Numbered from the stretch's first letter, positions 26,549-36,699 are shown. The stretch: DNA of 64,000 nt from an uncultured Clostridia bacterium (GCA_944381155.1 CALWKA010000001.1:130529-194528), one strand, 5' to 3'. Made by a program: numbers and translations. Notes: generated by a model not told the origin, from the letters alone.

Positions 26549-27256
26549 TATTAAAGGTGATTGTTTTTGTTAAAACGGAACAAAAGATTTTAAACAAAAT
26601 TTTCATTTTATTCTAAATTTCAATTTTTATCAATCTAAATACTCACGAAAATAAATTTTATTTTGCTCTAGCGCACATATTCTTATTTTGCAAATATTCT
26701 CTGAAAACTAATACTAGTTTAAGTGATTAATTAATATAATTTGCGGGCGAAATAAAGCTATAATAATATATGATATAATAATATATGGCTATATGAAATA
26801 AATAAATTTTATTTGTGATTAATATAAAGCAGTTTATATAGATTATAAAAAAATTAGAAAATTATAAAAAAATATTATATAAATCGTTAAAATTTATATG
26901 AAATAAATAAAAAAATAATAAATTTTAATTATTTTTTTGTTGAGTATAAAAAATATAAAATAGAATATGATTATAATGCTTTGAAAAAATATAATAATAT
27001 AGTAAAATATATTAAAATAAAAACCATAAGAAAATTAAAGAAATCATAAAAGTTTAATAATATAAAATTATTATAAAATTAATAATTTTAATATAATTGT
27101 AAAAATAAGAATATTAAAATGTTATAATAAAAATTAAAAAATAATTATAAATTTTATAAAAATATAATTAAAATATATAAAAATATGTTATTTTTAATAA
27201 AAATTAAAAAAAATTATCACATTAAAAAATCATCAAACTTTTAGATATGAGGACAA
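26549..27256. other. 708-bp A+T-rich intergenic region, purest from about 26821 to 27240
   Basis: Direct count: bases 27061-27120 contain 2 G/C out of 60. Same word content as the spacers at 199-584 and 28004-28550. Confidence 0.85.
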
Positions 27257-28003
27257 ATGAAAAAATTGAATTGGAAGAAATTAAAAGAAAATATATTAGA
27301 TATTATTTATCCGCGTCATATAAAATGTATTTTTTGTGGAGAAGAATTGAATGACAAATCGCATAACGACACTTGTGAAATGTGTTTGAAATCTTTGCCA
27401 TTTATCACACATTCGTGTGCTCGTTGTGGTGCTCCGGTGGCATTGGATAACGATGGGGTATGCCTTAATTGCAAGGCGAACAACTTTGATTTTATACTAG
27501 CTAGGAGCGTGTTTGAATATAGAGATAGGGTGGCGTCTGTCGTGCACAAGTTCAAATACAATAGTATGAAATTTTTATACGAACCATTAGCAAATTATTT
27601 ATGCGAATATCTGTCGCGTTGGGATATCTCGCCAGATATTATAACCTGCGTTCCGCTATTCAAATCAAAGGAAAAGGCTAGGGGATACAACCAATCTGAA
27701 CTTATGGCTAGGCATTTAGCGGAAAAATCTGAAATACATTTCCACATTTTATGCACAAAAATTGTGGATAACACAAGTCAGACAAAATTGAATCTTAAAC
27801 AAAGAAAAGAGAATGTAAAAGGTGTATTCAAATTCATCGACGACTGCAAACCATTAATAAAGGATAAAACAATTTTGATTATTGACGATGTATATACCAC
27901 GGGTTCCACCTGCAACGAGTTGAGCAAAATTATTAAGTCAAAAGGTGCAAAAGAAATATATGTTTTGACTCTAGCACACGGTTTAGGTCATCAGGAATTG
28001 TAA
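27257..28003 (+). CDS. comFC: ComF-family phosphoribosyltransferase-like competence protein (ComFC type)
   Basis: 248 aa. N-terminal Cys clusters (CIFCGEE...CEMC...CARCG...CLNC) and a C-terminal PRTase motif ILIIDDVYTTGST. Confidence 0.8.
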   Translation: MKKLNWKKLKENILDIIYPRHIKCIFCGEELNDKSHNDTCEMCLKSLPFITHSCARCGAPVALDNDGVCLNCKANNFDFILARSVFEYRDRVASVVHKFKYNSMKFLYEPLANYLCEYLSRWDISPDIITCVPLFKSKEKARGYNQSELMARHLAEKSEIHFHILCTKIVDNTSQTKLNLKQRKENVKGVFKFIDDCKPLIKDKTILIIDDVYTTGSTCNELSKIIKSKGAKEIYVLTLAHGLGHQEL

Positions 28004-28550
28004 TAGGAAATTTATATTTTAAAATATCTAATCAGTAAATAAGATTGCAACAAAAAAATCTCATTAATATAATCTATATTAGTGTGACTTTTTTATCATT
28101 AATTTTAATTTTTAAAAATAATTATTTTTAACTATAATTTTTAATTATTTTATATAAATTAACAAATTAAAAATTATTTACAAATATTAAAATATCCAAT
28201 AGTTTTATTAATTTATTATTAAAAAATTATTTATTCTTAATTTATATGCTTTTTAAAATTCATTGTTATTCGATTTATAAAAATTAAAAAATATTAGAAA
28301 TATTGTGTTTTATATCTATTTTTTTATGATTTTTTTAATAAAAAATAAAAATTTTTTGTATTTTTTAATTTTTTTAAGGATAAAATTAAATTAAAAAGAT
28401 GAATTTTTTGTTAATTATTATTAATAATGATAATTCGATTTTAAATTTTTGTTTAGATTTTTGCAATAAAATGAAGATTTTTATAAATGAAAAAATAAAA
28501 ATATCTATAAAATTTATAAATAAATACGAAAGAAAAAAGATGAAATAAAA
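28004..28550. other. 547-bp near-pure A+T spacer between convergent comF and recD2
   Basis: Direct count: bases 28141-28200 contain 4 G/C out of 60. No ORF and no hairpin terminator is obvious. Confidence 0.9.
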
Positions 28551-30764
28551 TTAGTCTTGACTAAATTCTTCTATTAGAAAATCTTTTAATAAAGTGTATC
28601 GCTTCGCTGTGTAATTATTGTGAATCATACGCGCTAAAATTTGTTTGCTACCAATCAATACAACCGTCTTTTTTGCGCGAGTGATCGCGGTGTACAATAG
28701 ATTCCTAGTGATGATTATTGGCGCGCCCGGAACGAGCGGAATGACCACGCAATCAAATTCACTGCCTTGACTTTTATGTATTGTAATAGCATAGGCAAGG
28801 CTAATTTGATATAAATCTGTTTTTGCATACTTACACACTTTGCCATCGTCAAAACGAATCGTCACTTCATTTGTGTCCGGAGTGATATGTGTGATATACC
28901 CAATGTCGCCATTAAACACTCCTGTACCTTCCTGGATCGTTCCATTGGCTTCGTATTTTTCGTATTTTTGTTCATAGTTGTTTTGCGTTTGCATAATTTT
29001 GTCACCCACGCGGAATCTCAATGTGTCTGAAACTAATTCAACTCCGCTAAAATGCGGATTAAGCGTCATCTGCAAGCGTTTGTTTAAATTATCTATTCCG
29101 CACGGACCTGCTTTCATAGGTGCGAGAACTTGAATATCTTTTGGATCATATCCAAAATAATTTGGTAGTCTAGTGCTGACTAGGTCAATGATAGTTTCAC
29201 TATTGCTAATCAAATCTTTTCCGCTTTCATAGAAAAAATCTTTGCTTGTGTTGTCTATTATAGGCATTTTGCCACTATTAATCAAATGGGCGTTTGTGAT
29301 GATCAAACTATCATTCCCTTGCCTATAAATATTCACAAGTTGAGTCACATTCAATCGTTTTGAATCAATGATATCGCGTAGGACATTGCCTGCTCCCACG
29401 CTGGGCAACTGATCTTTATCTCCCACCATAACAATGCGGGTGGTGGAGCGGACGGCTTTCAGCAGATGATAAAACAAACCAACATCAACCATACTCATCT
29501 CGTCAATCACGATCACATCCGCATCCAGCGGATTATTTTCATTTCTATGGAAGATTCCGTCATTTTCGGTTGGGTTCATTTCTAACGCTCTATGAATTGT
29601 CTTTGCTTCAATTCCTGCGCTTTCGCTCAAGCGCTTTGCCGCTCTGCCTGTAGGGGCACAGAGCAGGACGCGTTTATTTTGCTGTTTAAACAATTCCAAA
29701 ATGCAACGAACGATCGTCGTTTTACCCGTGCCCGGCCCGCCCGTGATTACAGACACACCTTTTGTTTGACTCGCAAGCACAGCATCCGTTTGTTCGCCGT
29801 TTAGTTCGATATTGTGGATGCGCTGATAGTGATTGATGCTATCAATAAAATTAGTGTTTTCCTCAAACTGATTGTATGACAATTTATATAGTTTTCTCGC
29901 GATATATTTTTCTTGAAAATAAAATCTTGTCAGTACGCTAATATCTTCTCCGTGATATGAAAAATTTTTAATTAATCCTTCAATTTGCAAATAATCTACG
30001 CATTTTTGCACAATTTCGCGCTCATTTTCGCTAAAATTTAAAATTTCTATACAATTTTGAATCAAATTTTCACGCGGTAGATAAGTGTGCCCTTCGCGCT
30101 CGCTGTAAGTTTTCAAGGTGTAAATTAGTCCTGCTTTTATTCTATTTTCACCATACATATCTATTCCAAGCTTCAAAGCAATCTTGTCTGCTGTGGCAAA
30201 TCCCACTCCGTCAATATCCTCAATGAGTTGATATGGGTTGTTTTTCACGATCTCTATAGTTTTATTTTTGTATACATTATAAATTTTAATTGCTAAATTG
30301 GTGCTAATAAAGTGCGATTGCAAAAACATAATGATATTTTGCATATCTTTCATTTCGTTGTAAGCATTGGAGATTTCAATCGCTTTTTGTTTGCTAATTC
30401 CTCTGATTTTGCTCAATTTGACCGGATTGAATTCCAAAATTGAAAGTGTGTCTTCCTTAAATTCGTTCACGATTTTTTTTGCGGTCACCGGGCCGATTCC
30501 ATAGATCAATCCGCTAGATAGATATTTTTCAATTGCTGGCAAGCTGGTAGGCTCAACGATAGATATTTCGTCCGCTTTGAATTGCTCTCCGAATTTTTTG
30601 TTTACCACATATTCGCCTGTGAGTTCAAGTGTTTGACCTTCAAAAACTTCGGGGAAATTGCCTACTGCGGTCAACTTCTTTTTGTCACACGAAAGATTGA
30701 CGACTGAATAGCCGTTTTCTTCATTCCTAAAGACGATGTTATCAACAGTTCCAATAATTTTCAT
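28551..30764 (-). CDS. recD2: RecD2-type SF1B ATP-dependent DNA helicase
   Basis: 737 aa. Walker A is GGPGTGKTT. Also has VIVIDEMSMVD, VGDKDQLPSVGAGNV, TIHKSQGSEF and an N-terminal OB/HhH region, as in RecD2/YrrC. Confidence 0.9.
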   Translation of the reverse strand: MKIIGTVDNIVFRNEENGYSVVNLSCDKKKLTAVGNFPEVFEGQTLELTGEYVVNKKFGEQFKADEISIVEPTSLPAIEKYLSSGLIYGIGPVTAKKIVNEFKEDTLSILEFNPVKLSKIRGISKQKAIEISNAYNEMKDMQNIIMFLQSHFISTNLAIKIYNVYKNKTIEIVKNNPYQLIEDIDGVGFATADKIALKLGIDMYGENRIKAGLIYTLKTYSEREGHTYLPRENLIQNCIEILNFSENEREIVQKCVDYLQIEGLIKNFSYHGEDISVLTRFYFQEKYIARKLYKLSYNQFEENTNFIDSINHYQRIHNIELNGEQTDAVLASQTKGVSVITGGPGTGKTTIVRCILELFKQQNKRVLLCAPTGRAAKRLSESAGIEAKTIHRALEMNPTENDGIFHRNENNPLDADVIVIDEMSMVDVGLFYHLLKAVRSTTRIVMVGDKDQLPSVGAGNVLRDIIDSKRLNVTQLVNIYRQGNDSLIITNAHLINSGKMPIIDNTSKDFFYESGKDLISNSETIIDLVSTRLPNYFGYDPKDIQVLAPMKAGPCGIDNLNKRLQMTLNPHFSGVELVSDTLRFRVGDKIMQTQNNYEQKYEKYEANGTIQEGTGVFNGDIGYITHITPDTNEVTIRFDDGKVCKYAKTDLYQISLAYAITIHKSQGSEFDCVVIPLVPGAPIIITRNLLYTAITRAKKTVVLIGSKQILARMIHNNYTAKRYTLLKDFLIEEFSQD

Positions 30765-31273
30765 ACTAGTTATAATATAATAAATTCATATTTTTTGCAA
30801 ACATTTTTTTTAGTCTGATAGTTTGAATATTTTTAGCGTTTTGCGTCTTGAAAAATGGTCAATATTAGCGTCTTTATTATTATATTAAAAATATAAATAA
30901 ATAGTTTAAATATATATAAACATTTTATGATAAATTATTTACTTAATCATTTAATTATTTGAAGATTATATAAAAAATTATCTAATTCATATTTGACGAT
31001 GTCGTGCAAAAGATATATAATGAAATTTTAATGTTGCAACACAAATTATGTGCTAGTAAGTTAGAAATAATCAATATGTTGCGCTAAACGAGTTTAATAT
31101 CTATTTCGTTTAAGATAAAATAAGTTTATGTGTATTTTCTTCTATCCTAAAACAAGTTTAATACTATCAAAAATTTTATCTTTGAAATATTTTTAGCATT
31201 ATTTATAAAAAAATTCCAGAGATTCTGACTAAATTTCCGCCTAACTAAAACTAAATTTTTTTTAATCAAGATA

Positions 31274-31302
31274 TTGACAAGCAAGTATATTAATGATAGA
31301 AT
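31274..31302 (+). promoter_or_regulatory. sigma-A promoter with extended -10
   Basis: TTGACA (31274-31279), 17-nt spacer, TGaTAGAAT (31294-31302). Confidence 0.65.
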
Positions 31303-31333
31303 ATGGATAATTTTGATAGATTGGGAGGAATTT

Positions 31334-32743
31334 ATGCCTAAAAAAAAGCAAGCACAAGCAGGCGCAACAGGCGTTGAAGGAGTAAAAAAAGAAATATTTA
31401 ATCTTTTTGCAAAAAAGGATGCGTCCGCATTCAATCAATGTATTGATTTAATCAACGAATCTAAAATTGATGCTAGTTTAAAGAAAGATTTTATGGAATA
31501 TATTGTTCAAATCATTAGAGATGAGTTGAAACAATCAAGAGAAAAACAAGATTTTACCACAGTAACTATCACGCTGTATTTTTTAAAAGAATTAAAACTT
31601 GATCAAAGCGTAAAAAATGGAATAATTAATGAATTTAGAATATTACACAATGAATTGTCCGCAAAGGAAGATGAACAATTAAAGCAAAGTCAGCAAGCAG
31701 ATAAGGCACAAGCGACAGTAGGCGGAAAATCGACCAAGAAAAAGGTGAGCACAAAACAACCAAAAGCTAAAAAGCCGGCAGAACAAAATTTAGCAAAATC
31801 GACAGAAACAAACGCAGGTAAGAAACAATCCAACGCAGGCACACAAGTTGGCGGAAAAACAAAAGTAGACAACAACACGCCAGCAGTAAAAACGCAAAAA
31901 CCCCAAGCCAAGACACCTATAAAGAGCGCAGACAAACAAGCTAAAACGCCAGCAAAGAGCAAGAAAGCAAAAGTGGAAGAAACAGAAAATACAGGAAATA
32001 AAAAACAGACCGCAGGAAATTCTATTATAAGAAAGAGTCAAGGAATAAACAAAACCGCCAAAACCGCGGTAGCAAATACAAAAAATAAGCAACCAAAAGA
32101 AGGACAAAAATCAACAATATTGGCAGAACAGAGACAAAAGACAACGGAAGAAAAGAGCGCAGAGCAAAATCCAGCTGAAGTAAAAGCAGAGCCAAAGACT
32201 ACCGTGAAAAATGAAGAAAAACCATTAAAACCACTAATTAAAAAAGAATTGATAAATATGAAACCAAAGCAACTAACTCAAGCAGAGATTGACGCAAAGG
32301 TAAAAGAATTATTTACTCGCGGAACGCTAGATTCAATCACCAATTTCTTATTTGAGCATGGAGAGAAAGTTTCGGACGAGCAAAAGCTCAAGTTGGTCAA
32401 TATATTAAGCGCGCGAACCAATTCGGACGGACTATATTTGACCGCGCGTGATATAGGCAAGATGCATTTTATTTCAAATGAAACAGAGCAAAAAGCATTA
32501 GATAAACTATCTAAAGCAATGCTCAAAAAGAATAGTGCGGATGATGTTGGCTTAATGTATTCATATATTAAAGGTATAAAAAATGCGCCTGTAGACGATT
32601 TAATAGAAAAAATGGCAAAAATTTGTGGAAGTTTGGAAAAATTGAAGGAAAGATTACAACGAGATTATGGCGTAAATTTTGATTCAAATATTGCAAGGAT
32701 GATAGAAGAAAAAATTGCAGAGTCGAACAATAAACCCGAATAA
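31334..32743 (+). CDS. hypothetical protein: two helical domains joined by an approximately 220-aa Lys/Thr/Gln/Ala/Pro-rich basic linker
   Basis: ATG at 31334 follows the SD GGGAGG. The ORF-track start at 31274 is the -35 box itself. The linker contains KTPIKS, KTPAKSKKAK and AKKPA. Confidence 0.8.
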   Translation: MPKKKQAQAGATGVEGVKKEIFNLFAKKDASAFNQCIDLINESKIDASLKKDFMEYIVQIIRDELKQSREKQDFTTVTITLYFLKELKLDQSVKNGIINEFRILHNELSAKEDEQLKQSQQADKAQATVGGKSTKKKVSTKQPKAKKPAEQNLAKSTETNAGKKQSNAGTQVGGKTKVDNNTPAVKTQKPQAKTPIKSADKQAKTPAKSKKAKVEETENTGNKKQTAGNSIIRKSQGINKTAKTAVANTKNKQPKEGQKSTILAEQRQKTTEEKSAEQNPAEVKAEPKTTVKNEEKPLKPLIKKELINMKPKQLTQAEIDAKVKELFTRGTLDSITNFLFEHGEKVSDEQKLKLVNILSARTNSDGLYLTARDIGKMHFISNETEQKALDKLSKAMLKKNSADDVGLMYSYIKGIKNAPVDDLIEKMAKICGSLEKLKERLQRDYGVNFDSNIARMIEEKIAESNNKPE

Positions 32744-32820
32744 ATTTTGCCTTTGATTGATAAACAATTGGCTAAAAACAGAACTTGTAAACATTTCAAA
32801 ATTAAAGCGAACAACCGACC

Positions 32821-32856
32821 AAAAAGGCGATTATCTAGCGAATAATCGTCTTTTTT
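32821..32856 (+). terminator. intrinsic terminator
   Basis: AAAAAGGCGATTAT CTAGCGA ATAATCGTCTTTTTT, with one G-U pair in the stem. Confidence 0.7.
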
Positions 32857-33173
32857 CGTGGAAAGCAAAGTATTTTGCAAAATTTATTAAAAAAATTGAT
32901 AAATGAAATCGCATATTTAACAAATATTTCGATTGAAAATCTTGAATTCACGAATTTAGAATCTATATCTAAACTTTTTTGATAAAAAACAAGCAATGAC
33001 GAGATGTGAAAATGAAAAAAGTGGTCAAATTCATTGAAACAATTATGGAAGCATTCAGTCAAACATTCGTGCAATTTTGAAAATTTTAATAAATTTATAC
33101 TAAAATTCATAATTTTATTTAAAATTGCTAAATTATAAAATTTTATAAATTTTAACAAAATTTGAATTGAGTA

Positions 33174-33201
33174 TTGACAAATTTCGAATTTAGGTTATAA
33201 T
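33174..33201 (+). promoter_or_regulatory. sigma-A promoter of the 1,114-aa surface protein gene
   Basis: TTGACA (33174-33179), 16-nt spacer, TATAAT (33196-33201). Confidence 0.65.
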
Positions 33202-33229
33202 AATCGTAACAAATTATTGTGGGGGAATT

Positions 33230-36200
33230 ATGAAGAAATTTTTAATTTTTCTAGTAGCAATCGTTGTGGTAGTTTGTATTGGGCTTACCACATATTATTT
33301 TTTGCGCAATGACGAAGCGATAGATTTTAAGACAAAAGTGATATATTGCAATGTGGGCGATGTTGTCACATTGGATGACCTTGGCTATAGCGTGTATAAA
33401 GAGCATAGAAATACCACTTATGACTACAATGCAGGTGGCGAAGAAGTCACTAAATGCATCAGTTTTGATGAAGACAAAGGGTATTATGTGGCAAAAGATG
33501 GTGGCGAAGTGAATATCATCATCACCACATCAAATGACAACTATCCAGAATTCAAAATCCTCGTGCACATTGGTGAAGGTACTCAAGAAAATCCATATTA
33601 TATAAACAGTCAGTCAGATCTTGAAAAAATTGGCGAGACTTACACATTGACTTCGAGTTACCTTTTGTTGTCCGATATCAATTTGACTGAAGATTTCAAG
33701 CCAATTGGATATTCAAATACGGCAGTAGGGTTCAGCGGTACATTCAATGGAAATGGCAAGACGATTAGTTCGTTGCATTTAAGCGGAACGGAATATGCAA
33801 ATGCGGGATTATTCACTCAATTAAGCGGGACAGCAAAAGTGAGCGATCTCAATCTGTGCGATGTGGACATCACGGGAAATTATCAAACAGCGGGCGCTTT
33901 GGCAGGAATCGTGAATGGCACTGTCACTCGCGTGCAAGCAGTGGATGTAAGCATTAATAACACGATGAACAATTCAAAAACGGGTGGCTTGATAGGCGTT
34001 CTTTCAGGCGAAAACGCATTGGCAACCATTTCAGGCGTGCAAAATGCGTCAATCGTGGTGGGCACAGCGGGTTCGTCGAACACAAATGCTACCGTAGGCG
34101 GATTCGTGGGCGAAGTTGATAAAGCAAAAGTGCAAGCAACCTTTGCCGATGCAGATATTGTTATGATGAATGCTGCGGGAAGTGTGGGCGGATTTGCAGG
34201 GAAGTTGATCATCACCACATACAATGGCACCATTCAAGAATCATATTCAGTATCCACTAGCGCATACGCAAATTTTGGCTCATTCTTGGGAAGTATTGAA
34301 AAAGGCACGAACTTTGTTCAAGCAAACGCAAATCAATTGAGATATTTGATCGGGAATTATGCTATTAATGTCGGTACGGGTGCAGTGAATAGTTATGATA
34401 GCACATTCTTTGATAAAGGCTTTTATGATGTACAGAATCATATTTATTTCATCGTTACATACAATACCGAAGACGAATTGAAAGCGAATACCGAATATAT
34501 CTTCTATGCAATCGATGCAAGCAACAGAACTTATTGGGACAATTCGGCTTGGGATATAACTATTGGCGAACTTCCAGAACTTCGTATGACGAACGCAACT
34601 TTAAGTTCAGTATCTAGTGAATATTTCTTAAGAGATTTGGAAGAAGATCACATTGGGCAACCTACAGATCCGGATGACCCAAGCGATCCGGATGATCCAA
34701 CCGACCCAAGTGATCCGGATGATCCAACCGACCCAAGCGATCCGGATGATCCAACCGATCCGAGTGATCCAACCGACCCAAGCGATCCGGATGATCCAAC
34801 GCCTCCAGACGATGGCACAGCAGAAGAAAATGGTCAATCATTTGTTCAACAGATAGAAGAATACAAGCAGAAAGACAATGGACAAATCGTAAATCGACAT
34901 TTTAGTTTGAACGGAGATGTAGACCTAACAGGGATACAATGGACTCCTGTGAAATTGGTAAATAGTATATTTGACGGAAATGGATTTACTATTCGTGGTT
35001 TAAATTTGACCACTTTAGAAAATGGATGCACGGGGCTATTCTCTGAAATGGAGGGCTCAACAATAAGGAATTTGAACATTGAAGGTGTGACATTCAATTT
35101 GACCAGTTCGGCTACCAATGTTGGTGCAGTGGCAGGAAAAATGATTGAAGGCATAGACGGAGAATCTACTCTTGATAATGTAAATGTTGAATATTTATCT
35201 AATGTAAATGTTGATTCAACATACTTTGGCGGATTGACTGCAGAGATAGATGATGGCTCAATAATTAGGAATAGTAGTGTAGATGGATTGAATATATCTT
35301 CTAGTGCAGATATAGACTATGCTGGCGGAATTGTGGGCAGAATGAGTAGAGGCACATTGTCAAATTCGACAGTATCAGTTGTCAACCTTTCTGCAAATAC
35401 CGGATTAGGTGGTGTGGTAGCAGTAAATGTTGATGGAACTATAGATAATATTTCAGGAAATGTGAGTCTCGCATATTCGCACAATGGAGTAAACGCAAAT
35501 GTGGGTGGAATCAGTGCTGAAAATGGCGGAATCATCAAAAATTCTTCATTAGAAGTAAGAACGGTCATCGAACGCACAAATACTACTTTGTATGTAGGTG
35601 GCGCAACTGCAATAAATAATGGCAGTATATCAAATGTCAGATTGACAGGTGATGGTATAGAAATAGAAAATATCAGCGCAACTAGTATCTATGTGGGCGG
35701 AATTGCTGCTACAAACAACGCAACAATTGCTAACGCATACAACTTAATGACATCTATTGGATCATACTATGAAGGAAAGAATTTCTATGTTGGCGGAATT
35801 GCAGCGAACAATTCAACTAGTAGATCTACAATTAGTCAATCTATTGCAGGTTCGGATGTGTATGGAAACTATGTGTCTGGTGCAGTGGTGAATATGACTA
35901 ATGCAGGTGCAAAACTTGATCAAATTTTGATAGGCAAATACAATTCAGCAAATGGAAATATCTCACAAAATTATATTACTGGTGATAAATTTGTAGCAGG
36001 CGTAAGTTATAACTTCAGTGCGGGAAATATGACAGATATTCAAGCAGTAAGCGAACTTTACGGAAAGTTAAACAGCACAAGGACTTCATTACTAGTATTG
36101 ATCTTCCCAAATTCTGCTAGCCTAATTAACGCAACAGTAAATAGCAGTGTGGACGGATATGGTTCATTCTATCGTGAAACTTGGAGAGATTATACCAACA

Positions 36201-36574
36201 CAATGTCTTCAGGGACGGCAGACAATTACAATATTTATGCAGGCACCGCTGCTTCTGGTAGAATGGAAAGTGTGGTAGTCAACAATGATGAAGCAGTCTC
36301 TCACGGCAAGACACTGATTGTGGCTGAATTCAATAGCGGACAATGGAACACTTCTTATGGTCAAAGCAACAACAACAACAATGTAAAAGTGGTAACATCT
36401 AGTGAATTCAATAGATCTTCAACCTTTACAGGTACGCACACTTTGACAGCTAAAGTTTGGTATCTATTCATTCCGATTAATCAAAATTATGTACGCGAAT
36501 TGACATTTGATTTCTCAAATAATATATGGACTAGAACTACAGGAATTGAATTGTCATTCTTGGAAAATGTATAA
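33230..36574 (+). CDS. membrane-anchored surface protein with two FDGNG/GLUG-type modules (relative of the giant protein) separated by a Pro/Asp repeat linker
   Basis: 1,114 aa. N-terminal signal anchor is MKKFLIFLVAIVVVVCIGLTTYYF. Module entries are FSGTFNGNGKTISSLHL (about 33730) and IFDGNGFTIRGLNL (about 34966). Many GG(L/I/F)(I/V/A)G turns follow each entry. Confidence 0.9.
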   Translation: MKKFLIFLVAIVVVVCIGLTTYYFLRNDEAIDFKTKVIYCNVGDVVTLDDLGYSVYKEHRNTTYDYNAGGEEVTKCISFDEDKGYYVAKDGGEVNIIITTSNDNYPEFKILVHIGEGTQENPYYINSQSDLEKIGETYTLTSSYLLLSDINLTEDFKPIGYSNTAVGFSGTFNGNGKTISSLHLSGTEYANAGLFTQLSGTAKVSDLNLCDVDITGNYQTAGALAGIVNGTVTRVQAVDVSINNTMNNSKTGGLIGVLSGENALATISGVQNASIVVGTAGSSNTNATVGGFVGEVDKAKVQATFADADIVMMNAAGSVGGFAGKLIITTYNGTIQESYSVSTSAYANFGSFLGSIEKGTNFVQANANQLRYLIGNYAINVGTGAVNSYDSTFFDKGFYDVQNHIYFIVTYNTEDELKANTEYIFYAIDASNRTYWDNSAWDITIGELPELRMTNATLSSVSSEYFLRDLEEDHIGQPTDPDDPSDPDDPTDPSDPDDPTDPSDPDDPTDPSDPTDPSDPDDPTPPDDGTAEENGQSFVQQIEEYKQKDNGQIVNRHFSLNGDVDLTGIQWTPVKLVNSIFDGNGFTIRGLNLTTLENGCTGLFSEMEGSTIRNLNIEGVTFNLTSSATNVGAVAGKMIEGIDGESTLDNVNVEYLSNVNVDSTYFGGLTAEIDDGSIIRNSSVDGLNISSSADIDYAGGIVGRMSRGTLSNSTVSVVNLSANTGLGGVVAVNVDGTIDNISGNVSLAYSHNGVNANVGGISAENGGIIKNSSLEVRTVIERTNTTLYVGGATAINNGSISNVRLTGDGIEIENISATSIYVGGIAATNNATIANAYNLMTSIGSYYEGKNFYVGGIAANNSTSRSTISQSIAGSDVYGNYVSGAVVNMTNAGAKLDQILIGKYNSANGNISQNYITGDKFVAGVSYNFSAGNMTDIQAVSELYGKLNSTRTSLLVLIFPNSASLINATVNSSVDGYGSFYRETWRDYTNTMSSGTADNYNIYAGTAASGRMESVVVNNDEAVSHGKTLIVAEFNSGQWNTSYGQSNNNNNVKVVTSSEFNRSSTFTGTHTLTAKVWYLFIPINQNYVRELTFDFSNNIWTRTTGIELSFLENV
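34661..34812 (+). repeat. 27-bp tandem repeat encoding (DPDDPTDPS)n linker
   Basis: PTDPDDPSDPDDPTDPSDPDDPTDPSDPDDPTDPSDPTDPSDPDDPTPPDD. The DNA unit GATCCGGATGATCCAACCGACCCAAGC recurs. The region is locally GC-rich and open in several frames on both strands. Confidence 0.95.
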
Positions 36575-36657
36575 TAAAAGTCAAACAAAATTTCAATCTA
36601 AATAATAGCAACACAAAAAACGAACAATAATAAATTAGATTGAAATAAGAGTGAAAT

Positions 36658-36699
36658 AAAAGGAGATTTATTTGTCATAAAGCTCCTTTTTGCTTTTTT
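36658..36699 (+). terminator. intrinsic terminator after the 1,114-aa gene
   Basis: AAAAGGAG (36658-36665) pairs with CTCCTTTT (36683-36690), with an inner TTTAT/ATAAA extension. A T-run follows. Confidence 0.7.

Noticed and set aside
199-28550. The A+T-only tracts as CRISPR arrays, mobile-element remnants or structured tandem repeats
   Set aside because: I could see no regular repeat-spacer periodicity and no inverted terminal repeats. No transposase or integrase is nearby. Only short degenerate A/T words recur.
31274-31333. Upstream extension of the Lys-rich protein ORF (track start at 31274)
   Set aside because: The supposed TTG start is the TTGACA -35 box of a consensus promoter. The ATG at 31334 has a GGGAGG SD.
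33012-33080. 22-aa small ORF MKKVVKFIETIMEAFSQTFVQF upstream of the 1,114-aa gene promoter
   Set aside because: It codes for an amphipathic peptide, but the SD is weak and no promoter is evident. It is short enough to arise by chance, so it cannot be supported from sequence alone.
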